Shown here piece by piece: positions 1-7,949 of a DNA stretch of 32,688 nucleotides (position 1 is its first letter; each line of letters starts with the position of its first letter). The notes beneath the pieces are model-generated. The model had not been told where the DNA came from. It did not search any database and saw only the letters and a program-made list of their open reading frames with translations. Both the position numbers and the translations under genes were made by a program. The stretch comes from an uncultured Clostridia bacterium (GTDB lineage: Bacteria; Bacillota; Clostridia; Lachnospirales; Lachnospiraceae), in assembly GCA_946620335.1 (NCBI GenBank), contig CAMONF010000216.1, forward strand, positions 1-32,688. The letters run 5' to 3'.

Positions 1-96
1 CCCACTTTCCTCTGAAAACTGAGAGAAGGAACCGTCCTTGATTCCCAGTTTTCCGTGAAAACTGGGAAAAGGAACCGTCCCTTATTCCCACTTTTT
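1..96. repeat. Head-to-tail tandem copies of the 40-nt REP-like hairpin unit (truncated by the window edge)
   Basis: Units at 14-53 and 57-96 (core AAGGAACCGTCC, period 43, 3-nt gaps) plus the tail of a further unit at 1-10. Same unit as the dyads at 707, 13706, 15439 and 18788. Confidence 0.85.
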
Positions 97-126
97 CACA
101 GCCGTACCAAGGCACGCCCTCTGCCA

Positions 127-576
127 TCAGCGAAGGAACTTTTTCAGTTCATCCATAAAGGTTTCTACGTCCTTGAATTCGCGGTAGACGCTGGCGAAGC
201 GGACATAGGCGACAGGATCCAGCTCTTTCATGCGGATCATGACCTTCTCGCCGATGACAGAACTCGGAATTTCCCGCTCTCCCATGTTGTAGAGCTCGTT
301 CTCCACCGAATTGACCAGCTCGGAGATGGCCTTGGCCGGCACCGGCCGCTTGTGGCAGGCCCTGACCACGCCGGCCTCCAGCTTGTTCCTGTCGAACTGC
401 TCTCGGTTCATATCCTTTTTGACCACCATGAGCGGTACGATCTCGACCTTCTCATAGGATGTGAAGCGCTTGCCGCAGGAATCGCAGAGTCTCCTCCTGC
501 GGATGGCGGTGTTGTCGTCCGCAGGGCGCGAATCGACGACCTTGGTGTTCTCCTTGCCGCAATACGGGCATCTCAT
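127..576 (-). CDS. nrdR: Transcriptional repressor NrdR (Zn ribbon + ATP cone)
   Basis: MRCPYC...KVVDSR...IRRRRLCDSCGKRFTSYE N-terminus, ATP cone and AYVRFASVYREF; 149 aa; G-rich RBS upstream. Confidence 0.97.
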   Translation of the reverse strand: MRCPYCGKENTKVVDSRPADDNTAIRRRRLCDSCGKRFTSYEKVEIVPLMVVKKDMNREQFDRNKLEAGVVRACHKRPVPAKAISELVNSVENELYNMGEREIPSSVIGEKVMIRMKELDPVAYVRFASVYREFKDVETFMDELKKFLR

Positions 577-648
577 AGTTCTCCCCCTTTCGCCGGCAGG
601 CCTCCCCAGACCCCATCGCCGGCATGTTCCGAATAATGTCCTTTATTT

Positions 649-677
649 ATGATACTTTCTGGAGTGGGAAAAATCAA
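649..677 (-). promoter_or_regulatory. Probable sigma-A promoter of nrdR
   Basis: Minus strand TTGATT (677-672), 17-nt spacer, TATCAT (654-649). Confidence 0.55.
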
Positions 678-706
678 CCTGTTTGTGTGTGGGGGATATC
701 AGAGGC

Positions 707-789
707 AAACTGGGAATCAGGGACGGTTCCTTTTCCCACTTTTCGATTCTCGAAAAGTGGGAAAAGGAACCGTCCCTGATTCCCAGTTT
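707..789. repeat. REP/REPIN-like dyad: perfect 40-bp inverted repeat with 3-nt loop
   Basis: 707-746 is the exact reverse complement of 750-789; loop TTC; abuts the stop codon at 790. Confidence 0.95.
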
Positions 790-1446
790 TTACCCTGCGA
801 GCGCGGTGATGAGTTCCTCCGCCATCTCTTCATGGGGCGAATCCAGCACTACGCCCAGGTAGCACTCTGTTCCGTCACCCGCCAGGTCCTCCCAGGCCGT
901 CTTGCCCGAAAGGTCGTAAATGTAGGGCAGCGCCGGCCCCTGGCCGCTTTCGTGGTCTTCGAAGGAAATCTCATCCGTCCACAGCATGCCCGGCGTCACG
1001 AGGAGCCTGTCCTCATTTTCCGCCGTCTCCGCTGCCGCCTGCGGCAGGACTTCCGTGAGATCCGTGAGGTACCCGTAGGCCGCATAGCTCTCCATGATGT
1101 CCTTCCGCGGACAAATGATAACATCCACCGCCCGGTTGGCCGCCAGCACCTGCAGCCGCTCCACATCCTTCCGGGCGTCGGACCGGAAGGAATCGTCCAC
1201 GATGATCTGGGCGGGTTCCGTGCCCTCACCGCTCACAGCCGCAAGCTCCTCACAAAGAGCCTCCTTCCGGTCCGCGTCCAGAGTCAGGTCGTAGACGGCA
1301 GCGTACAGCACCGTCTCCGGCCCCGGCATGAAATAATGGTAGGCAAAGAGAGCGACGACAATCAGACAGAAAATGAAGGCCACCGTCTTTAGGAAATAAT
1401 AATCCATGAAATACTGCAGCTTTTTCCCATATTTTTCCCGGAGCAT
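790..1446 (-). CDS. Membrane-anchored hypothetical protein, partly solute-binding-protein-like
   Basis: KKLQYFMDYY followed by one TM helix; acidic soluble domain with 'AVDVII' and 'GYLTDLTEVL' segments resembling the N-lobe of sugar SBPs; starts 1 nt after the esterase stop. Confidence 0.75.
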   Translation of the reverse strand: MLREKYGKKLQYFMDYYFLKTVAFIFCLIVVALFAYHYFMPGPETVLYAAVYDLTLDADRKEALCEELAAVSGEGTEPAQIIVDDSFRSDARKDVERLQVLAANRAVDVIICPRKDIMESYAAYGYLTDLTEVLPQAAAETAENEDRLLVTPGMLWTDEISFEDHESGQGPALPYIYDLSGKTAWEDLAGDGTECYLGVVLDSPHEEMAEELITALAG

Positions 1447-1447
1447 A

Positions 1448-2986
1448 TTATTGTGCCTTACCTTCTATAGAAAACCGGTCCGTCCGGAAGGGAGCCGCCG
1501 GCAGACCTGTGCAGCCGAAGAGATTGGCGCGGCAGTAATTATGCCAGGCATACCGCACATACAGCGGATCCTGCACCCCATCAGCCGTAAGGACCACCGT
1601 ATCTGTTTCAATCTGACCCTTTGCCGGGTGGAAAATGCAGTCACTTCCCGCCAGTTCGAAGCCCTGGATTTTCTCTCCCGCAGCCTTGAGGCAGCCGCCT
1701 GTGTGGCGGAATCGGACGATGGCTCTCCCGCCGGCGAAGGTCACCTTGTCCATGACCGGCGCGTCCGCGCAGATGTCCTCCCCATAGACCTTGGCCCTGG
1801 CCTGCAGGGCCAGCCGCCGGCCGACCGTCTCCTTGTCCAGGGGATGGATGTTGTCGAACTCGCCGCAGTCGGTCAGGACCGCCAGGCCGGTATGGCGGAT
1901 GGTGGAGGCGGTTTTCATTTGCTGGTCCCGCAGCATGGCCCAGTGCCGGTCGTCGATGCCGGCTTCCCACTCGGCCTTGGCCGTGTACATGGGAAGCTGC
2001 ACGAAAAGGAAAGGCAGCGCTCTACCCCCCCAGGCCCCCCGCCACTCGGTGATGAGGGAGTACACCATCCAGTCATAGTCCGCGTACCGGGACTCGTCCT
2101 CCTCGCCCTGGTAATAGAGGAACCCGCGGATGCTGTAGGGGCAGATCCGCTCGGTCATGGTCGAGTAGAGGCCTGCGGGGCGGAAAGGTGACTGCCTTCC
2201 GGCCGGCTGGGGCCAGGGGCAGAGCCCGCACTCCTCGTTCAGGACCTCCCAGGTCACGCCCGGCTCCCGGCGGCGCCTTGCCTGCACCCGGTCGTTCCAG
2301 GCGTTCCAGTCTGCCCAGTAGGCTTCCATCTCGGCAGCATATTCCGCATCCGTCTTGTCGCCCACCAGGGCGGCATAGTTTTCCAGGTACCGCATGCCGG
2401 CGGCGGTCTTTTGCAGCTGGTTTTCGCTCATCCAGCAGCTGATGGAGGTCCCGCCCCAGGCGCAGCAGAGGATGCCCACCGGCACCTTCCGGGCAGCATG
2501 AAGATGCCGGGCAAAATAATAAGCCACCGCGCTCATCACGCCGCTCGTCTCCGGCCCGCAGACCTGCCAGGCTGAAGCGGCCTCCGCTTCCTCAAGCTCC
2601 GGACCGGTCACGGCGCATTTTGGGGTCATGTAGAACCGGATGTCCTCGCACCCGCTTTCGGCCACAGCCCGCTCGCCCTCCCAGCTCTCCGCTAGCATCA
2701 GTTCCATGTTGCTCTGCCCGCCGGCATACCAGACTTCTCCGATGGCGACGTCGGTGAAGCGGATGGTTTCATTTTCCGAGGAGAGGGTGAGGGTATAACC
2801 TCTTCCGACCGACCTCGGCGGGAGTACGGCCATGAAATATCCGGTACGGTCTGCCCGAACGGTGACGGTATCCTCCCCCAGTTGGGCAGTCACCTCCTTC
2901 TCCGCCCCGGCCCAGCCCCAGACAGGGATCGGCTTCATGCATTGCAGGACCATATGGTCTGAAAATACAGCAGCGCTCTTTAACAT
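1448..2986 (-). CDS. Sialate O-acetylesterase (SASA/DUF303)-family carbohydrate esterase
   Basis: FSDHMVLQ start, GEVWYAGGQSNME, WGGT, YYQGE, FVQLP, DNIHP and VRYAW motifs. Start moved to ATG 2986 (AGAGGAG RBS); the basic extension in the ORF track is unlikely. Confidence 0.9.
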   Translation of the reverse strand: MLKSAAVFSDHMVLQCMKPIPVWGWAGAEKEVTAQLGEDTVTVRADRTGYFMAVLPPRSVGRGYTLTLSSENETIRFTDVAIGEVWYAGGQSNMELMLAESWEGERAVAESGCEDIRFYMTPKCAVTGPELEEAEAASAWQVCGPETSGVMSAVAYYFARHLHAARKVPVGILCCAWGGTSISCWMSENQLQKTAAGMRYLENYAALVGDKTDAEYAAEMEAYWADWNAWNDRVQARRRREPGVTWEVLNEECGLCPWPQPAGRQSPFRPAGLYSTMTERICPYSIRGFLYYQGEEDESRYADYDWMVYSLITEWRGAWGGRALPFLFVQLPMYTAKAEWEAGIDDRHWAMLRDQQMKTASTIRHTGLAVLTDCGEFDNIHPLDKETVGRRLALQARAKVYGEDICADAPVMDKVTFAGGRAIVRFRHTGGCLKAAGEKIQGFELAGSDCIFHPAKGQIETDTVVLTADGVQDPLYVRYAWHNYCRANLFGCTGLPAAPFRTDRFSIEGKAQ

Positions 2987-3249
2987 ACGCTCTCCTCTCT
3001 CAACACTGCCGCGCAGGAAATGTGCCCTTCTCCTGCGCGCTCTGTGCTCCCGGCGGCATTTCCGCCGTCGGATCATATAGCTATTCTACTTAACTGTGCG
3101 GCCGCCAAAGGGCTTCGTGAACCTTTCCCGCCTCACCTGGCAAAGTCATACATCCTGATGATTTTGTATCCCTCTGCCATGTTCGCCTTTTTGCAGCTTC
3201 CTCAGCCGGGAAATGAAGACCACCAATCTTGTCCGCTTCCTCCCCGGCC

Positions 3250-5016
3250 TCACTTGGCCAGCGACAGAAGTCCTTCCTTAAGGCGGGCCAGCCTCTCTTC
3301 GGCGTCCGCCTCAGAAGCCCCTTTCACGCCATAATAGAACTTGATCTTGGGCTCAGTTCCTGAAGGTCTCGCGCAGCACCAGCCGTCTTCCAGCTCATAG
3401 TAGAGAACGTTGGATTTAGGCAGAGAAAGCTTCTCCACATGCCCATCCAGGCAGTCTCTGCGGGTCCCCGCCCGGTAATCCCGAACCGCCAGGATCTTCT
3501 CGCCGCCCGGCATGGCAGCGGGCGCTTCCCGCAGGCTCTCCATGAGCCGCGCGATCTCAGCCGCGCCGTTCTCTCCCTTCAATGTGACGGAAGTCAGGCC
3601 TTCCTTGTACCAGCCGTATTTCTCATAGAGCTCCCGCATGGCGTCGATCAGCGTCATTCCCTTGGCCTTATAGAAGGCAGCGCACTCGGCCAGCATCATG
3701 ACGGCCGAGCAGGCGTCCTTGTCCCGGGCATGGGTCCCGGCCAGGCAGCCGTAGCTCTCCTCGAGGCCGAAGACATAGTGGTGGGATCCGGTCTCCTCAA
3801 AGAGGCGGATCTGCTCGCCGATATATTTGAAGCCGGTCAGGACCTCGATGAGATCCACATTCCAGTAGGCCGCGAGAGGCTTCACCATATCGGTTGTCAC
3901 AATCGTCTCCACCAGGGCAGGATTTTCCGGCATCCGGCCTGCCAGGGTGAGCTCCCGGCAAATGTATTCAGCAATCAGCATGCCCGACATATTTCCGGTG
4001 AAACTCCTGTAGCGCGCATACCCGGTATCATCCGCCTTCCCGGAAGCTTGAGGCGCAGACGGGTCCTTGACCCATATCCCAAGACGGTCCGCGTCCGGAT
4101 CCGTCGCCATCACGATGTCCGCATCCTCCCGCACGGCCTGGGCCAGCGCCAGCTTCCAGGCGGCCGGATCCTCAGGATTGGGGTAAGAAACGGTGGGGAA
4201 TTCGCCGCCCTCCGGCTTCTCCTGCTCCGGCACCACCGATACGTGGGTAAAGCCCAGTTCCCTGAGGACACGGCGGACCGGGATATTGCCTGTCCCGTGC
4301 AGCGGCGTGTAAACGATCTTGAGATTGTCCGCCTGCTCCCGGATGACTTCCGGATGAATGCTGAGGGCCTTGACAGCCGCTATATAGGCATCGTCGATCT
4401 CCTCGCCGATATCCGTCAGCAGCCCCTTGGCGCGGGCCTCCTTCTCGGACATGGCCTTGACCATATCGAGGTCGGTCACCTTGGCCACCTCCGCGAGGAT
4501 ATTCTTGTCGTGGGGCGGCGTGATCTGGGCGCCGTCCTCCCAGTAGACCTTGTAGCCGTTATACTCCCTGGGGTTGTGGCTGGCCGTGATGACGATGCCC
4601 GCCATACAGCCGAGCTGCCGCAGGGCGAAGGACAGCTCCGGCGTGGGCCTGAGGGACGTAAAACGATACGTCCGGATTCCGTTCGCGCACAGGACCAGCG
4701 CCGCCTCCATGGAGAACTCCGGGGACATCCGCCTCGAGTCGTAGGCGATGGCCACGCCCTTCCCGGCCCCGTTCTCCTTCAAAATATAGTTGGCCAGCCC
4801 CTGGGTCGCCTTGCGGACCGTATAGATATTCATCCGGTTGGTGCCGGCGCCGATGACGCCGCGCAGACCGCCGGTCCCGAATTCCAGGTCACGGTAGAAC
4901 CGGTCACGGATCTCTTCCCTGTCATCGGAAATGCAGGCAAGCTCCTCTTTCGTCTTCTCATCGTACCTGGGGTCATGAAGCCACTCCAGGTACAGTTCGT
5001 ATGCTCTGTCTTCCAT
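3250..5016 (-). CDS. Phosphomannomutase/phosphoglucomutase (alpha-D-phosphohexomutase)
   Basis: FGTGGLRG, ITASHNP (phospho-Ser), DPDADR metal loop, GLEESYG, RPSGTEPKIKFY; ATG 5016 with GAAGGTG RBS. Confidence 0.95.
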   Translation of the reverse strand: MEDRAYELYLEWLHDPRYDEKTKEELACISDDREEIRDRFYRDLEFGTGGLRGVIGAGTNRMNIYTVRKATQGLANYILKENGAGKGVAIAYDSRRMSPEFSMEAALVLCANGIRTYRFTSLRPTPELSFALRQLGCMAGIVITASHNPREYNGYKVYWEDGAQITPPHDKNILAEVAKVTDLDMVKAMSEKEARAKGLLTDIGEEIDDAYIAAVKALSIHPEVIREQADNLKIVYTPLHGTGNIPVRRVLRELGFTHVSVVPEQEKPEGGEFPTVSYPNPEDPAAWKLALAQAVREDADIVMATDPDADRLGIWVKDPSAPQASGKADDTGYARYRSFTGNMSGMLIAEYICRELTLAGRMPENPALVETIVTTDMVKPLAAYWNVDLIEVLTGFKYIGEQIRLFEETGSHHYVFGLEESYGCLAGTHARDKDACSAVMMLAECAAFYKAKGMTLIDAMRELYEKYGWYKEGLTSVTLKGENGAAEIARLMESLREAPAAMPGGEKILAVRDYRAGTRRDCLDGHVEKLSLPKSNVLYYELEDGWCCARPSGTEPKIKFYYGVKGASEADAEERLARLKEGLLSLAK

Positions 5017-5143
5017 TTTCAATCACCTTCATCCAATAACCGCCGAAAGCCCGGCAATCATGCTTGAACTCCACCTGGCAGGACCTGCCTCTCAAAGAGA
5101 TCTTCTGCATTTTTCCAGACGGCCAGGGCGCAAAGCACCTCAG

Positions 5144-5290
5144 ACCGCCGACATACCGAGCTCAGGACGGCCAAATCATTTCACTAATTGCCTGACGTCA
5201 AGGCTGCTCCAGCCGCCTCTACCGCCGGCAGACCGAGCTCAAGGCGGCCAAATCATTTCACTCATCACCTGATGTCAAGGCCGCTCCAGC
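5144..5290. repeat. Degenerate tandem duplication (period 77) spanning the DUF624 gene stop
   Basis: 5144-5213 vs 5221-5290: 61 of 70 positions identical by manual alignment. Confidence 0.85.
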
Positions 5291-5907
5291 TCCGCCAGCA
5301 CCGGGGCAAGTATCATCGATGACAAATAAGCACCGACCGCCTCCCCCGCAAAGACCCAGAGCCAGAAGACGTGGAAAAAGACTTCCGGCACAAGAAGGAG
5401 GAGGGCCCAGGGCAGACCATGGATCAAAAGAAGGACCAGGGTCTGCGGGAGCTTCGTCGCCGCGAGACGCCAGGCGTTGTTCATGGTGCCGCCGAAGGTA
5501 TTCTCAAAGCGGGAAAAGAGGGGGAATGCGTAGGAAAACACTGCGACAGCCCCTGCAAGGAGGACCAGACAGCATCCGTAGAGGATACTCTGCGTGCTCC
5601 TCCCATCCCCTCCGAGAATGTGGAAATCGGCCGCCAGAATACCGCCCGCCACAAGGAGGGTCAGCGTGTAGGGAAGGCTCTGCCGGAAATTTTCCTTAAA
5701 AGCCTTTATGAACTCCCGGAAAACGCTGGTCTCCCGGTCCGACAGTATCCGAAAGCAGAGTGTGTAGAGGGCGCAGGTGGAGGCCCCCACCGTGATGACC
5801 GGCAGGCTGAAGATGAGCCACAGGAGGTTCAGCTCCAGAAGGTTAAAGATGCGGGTCATCACCTCGTTAAATGGGTTGTCGCCCCGGAATAATTCTTGCT
5901 TCGTCAT
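5275..5907 (-). CDS. YesL/DUF624 family membrane protein
   Basis: LNLLWLIFSLPVITVGASTCALY and FIKAFKENFRQS signatures; several TM helices; typical companion of sugar ABC loci. Confidence 0.9.
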   Translation of the reverse strand: MTKQELFRGDNPFNEVMTRIFNLLELNLLWLIFSLPVITVGASTCALYTLCFRILSDRETSVFREFIKAFKENFRQSLPYTLTLLVAGGILAADFHILGGDGRSTQSILYGCCLVLLAGAVAVFSYAFPLFSRFENTFGGTMNNAWRLAATKLPQTLVLLLIHGLPWALLLLVPEVFFHVFWLWVFAGEAVGAYLSSMILAPVLAELERP

Positions 5908-6095
5908 GATCGTCGGTTTCCTCCCATGGCTGCAGGCCTGCGGCGCAAGTCACGTCGGCGCCGCATTCCTCATCTTATTTCTCTTTCTTCCGCTCCAGTC
6001 ACGATCTTCCTGACTATAGCCGCCGGCTCATATTGCAGACCGGCAGCTCCAATCAGACAGCTTCGCTTCTTCTCTCTTACCGTCCTTAGCCGTGC

Positions 6096-7946
6096 TCACA
6101 GGTTTGCCGCTCCGATCAGACCGGCGTCGCTGCCCAGGACCGCCGTCTTCAGCTCAGGCAGCTTCCCCTGGTTGCCGCCGAAGGCGTCCTCGGAAATCAT
6201 CTCCATGATGGGTCCGCTGAGCTCCCCGGCATATTCGGACAGAAGTCCGCCGAGAATGATCATCTGGGGCCGGAACATATTGACGATGTTGACGATGCCC
6301 TGCCCCAGCATCAGCGTGTACTGCTCCAGGACCTCCTGCATGGCGATGTCCCCCTTCCGGGCGCCGTCGAAGATTTCCTTCGCCGTCACATCCCGGCCGG
6401 CGGCCTGGGACCCGGAGCGCAGAAGCGCAGGCAGGGAGACGTAGGCCTCGAGGCACCCCTTTCTGCCGCAGGTACACTGGCGGCCGTTGACACGGATCAC
6501 CTGGTGCCCCAGCTCACTGCCGCCCATGATGCCGCCCTCGAAGATCTCGCCCTTCAGGATGATGCCGCCGCCCACGCCGTTGCCCAGCGTGAACATGACC
6601 ACGTCGCTGACGTCCTTGCCGGCGCCGGCGGCCGCCTCACCCAGGGCGGCGCAGTCCGCGTCGTTGGCGATCCGCACCGGGCAGGGAATCACTTTGCCGA
6701 ACTCCGAGGCCAGAGGCACGTCTTCCCAGCGGAGGTTGTTGGAGTAGATCACCCGGCCCTCCCGCCGGTCGATGGTGCCCGGGACGCCGACGCCCACGCC
6801 GATACACTGGTCCAGCGGGACTTCATTTTCCGCGAGGAGGTCCAGGGTGTTCTGGGCGGCCTCGCCGATGGTCTCCAGCGGCGCCTTCTTTCTGTCCAGC
6901 GGATACCGCTTGTGGGCGATCAGCTCGTTCCTGTCCCCCACGAGGCCGATCCGGACCTCGGAGGAACCGATGGTCACGCCCGCCCGAATGGGGCTGGCCT
7001 TCTCCCGGATGGTCGTGAGGAGCGCGTCGCAGCAGCCCTCGATCTGCCAGTCGCCGCAGCCGGCGGGCAGGAAGAGGGAATCTCCCTTCCGGTAGGTGAC
7101 CTTCTCGCCCTTGTTGCTGATGGTACCCTCCCCGTCCAGAATGAGGATGCTGAGGAAGGAGGTGTCATAGACCGTTCCCTGCATCCGATAGGTCAGGTTC
7201 CCGTCCAGGTAAAGCTTGTCCACAGTAAAATAATCACAATCCGCGACGTGGGGGTATCCGCTCCCCCGCCTCACGATGGGGACCCGGTTGGTCACAGCCA
7301 GGGCCTTCTCGATATGGAGGTCTCTCTTCCGTCCGTCCTTCCCGACCCGTCCGTAGTCGTAGACGCGGTAGGTCACGTTGGAGTTCTGCTGGATCTCCGC
7401 GATGAGGATGCCCTTGCCGATGGCGTGGAGGGTGCCCGACTCGATAAAGAGCGCGTCGCCCTTCTGTACAGGGACCGCGTTCAGGACCTCCAGGAGGGTG
7501 TTCTCCCGGATCCGCCGGGCGAATTCCTCCCGGGAGATTTCCTGGCGGAAACCGTAGTAGAGGAAGGCTCCGGGCTCCGCGTCCAGGATATACCACATCT
7601 CGGTCTTGCCGTACTGGCCCTCATGCTGGAGGGCGAAGCCGTTGCCGGGATGGACCTGAATGGAGAGATTGTCCCTGGCGTCGATGAACTTGGTCAGGAT
7701 TGGGAAGTCCCGAAAGCGCCGGCAATGGGTGCCCAGCACTTCCCGCCCGTTCCGGTCAATGTATTCCTGGAGGGTCAGGCCCGCGTAGGGGCCGTTTTCG
7801 ATGACGGAAGGTCCGTCCGGATGGCAGGATACCTCCCAGGCCTCGGCGCAGACCGGTCCGTCGTAGTCAACGTTGTATTCTTCCACAAGCCGGTGGCCGC
7901 CCCAGAGATAGTCCTTGCAGGCCGGCTTCAGCTTCAGTATGGCCAT
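6096..7946 (-). CDS. Fusion: type I mannose-6-phosphate isomerase (N-terminal) + ROK-family domain (C-terminal)
   Basis: PMI motifs KDYLWGG, LSIQVHP, GKTEMW, GTLHAIG, EIQQNSNVTYRVYDY; ROK motifs GVPG, NDADCAALGE, ELGH, CTCGRKGCLE, GLIGAA; one continuous frame of 616 aa. Confidence 0.92.
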   Translation of the reverse strand: MAILKLKPACKDYLWGGHRLVEEYNVDYDGPVCAEAWEVSCHPDGPSVIENGPYAGLTLQEYIDRNGREVLGTHCRRFRDFPILTKFIDARDNLSIQVHPGNGFALQHEGQYGKTEMWYILDAEPGAFLYYGFRQEISREEFARRIRENTLLEVLNAVPVQKGDALFIESGTLHAIGKGILIAEIQQNSNVTYRVYDYGRVGKDGRKRDLHIEKALAVTNRVPIVRRGSGYPHVADCDYFTVDKLYLDGNLTYRMQGTVYDTSFLSILILDGEGTISNKGEKVTYRKGDSLFLPAGCGDWQIEGCCDALLTTIREKASPIRAGVTIGSSEVRIGLVGDRNELIAHKRYPLDRKKAPLETIGEAAQNTLDLLAENEVPLDQCIGVGVGVPGTIDRREGRVIYSNNLRWEDVPLASEFGKVIPCPVRIANDADCAALGEAAAGAGKDVSDVVMFTLGNGVGGGIILKGEIFEGGIMGGSELGHQVIRVNGRQCTCGRKGCLEAYVSLPALLRSGSQAAGRDVTAKEIFDGARKGDIAMQEVLEQYTLMLGQGIVNIVNMFRPQMIILGGLLSEYAGELSGPIMEMISEDAFGGNQGKLPELKTAVLGSDAGLIGAANL

Positions 7947-7949
7947 CTG

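Noticed and set aside
1-96. Direct repeats as a possible CRISPR array
   Set aside because: Gaps are only 3 nt, there are no unique spacers or cas genes, and the unit is the dispersed palindromic repeat.
55-1392. Plus-strand ORFs with recurring peptides such as GKRNRPL, NQGRFLFP and KGTVPDSQ (also MGIRDGSFSH at 18791)
   Set aside because: These are translations of the palindromic repeat joined to antisense frames, not a protein family.
3122-3260. Weak echo of the mutase gene end (CCTTTCCCGCCTCACCTGGCAA vs CCTCCCCGGCCTCACTTGGCCA)
   Set aside because: About 17 of 22 matches in GC-rich sequence with no extension; could be chance.
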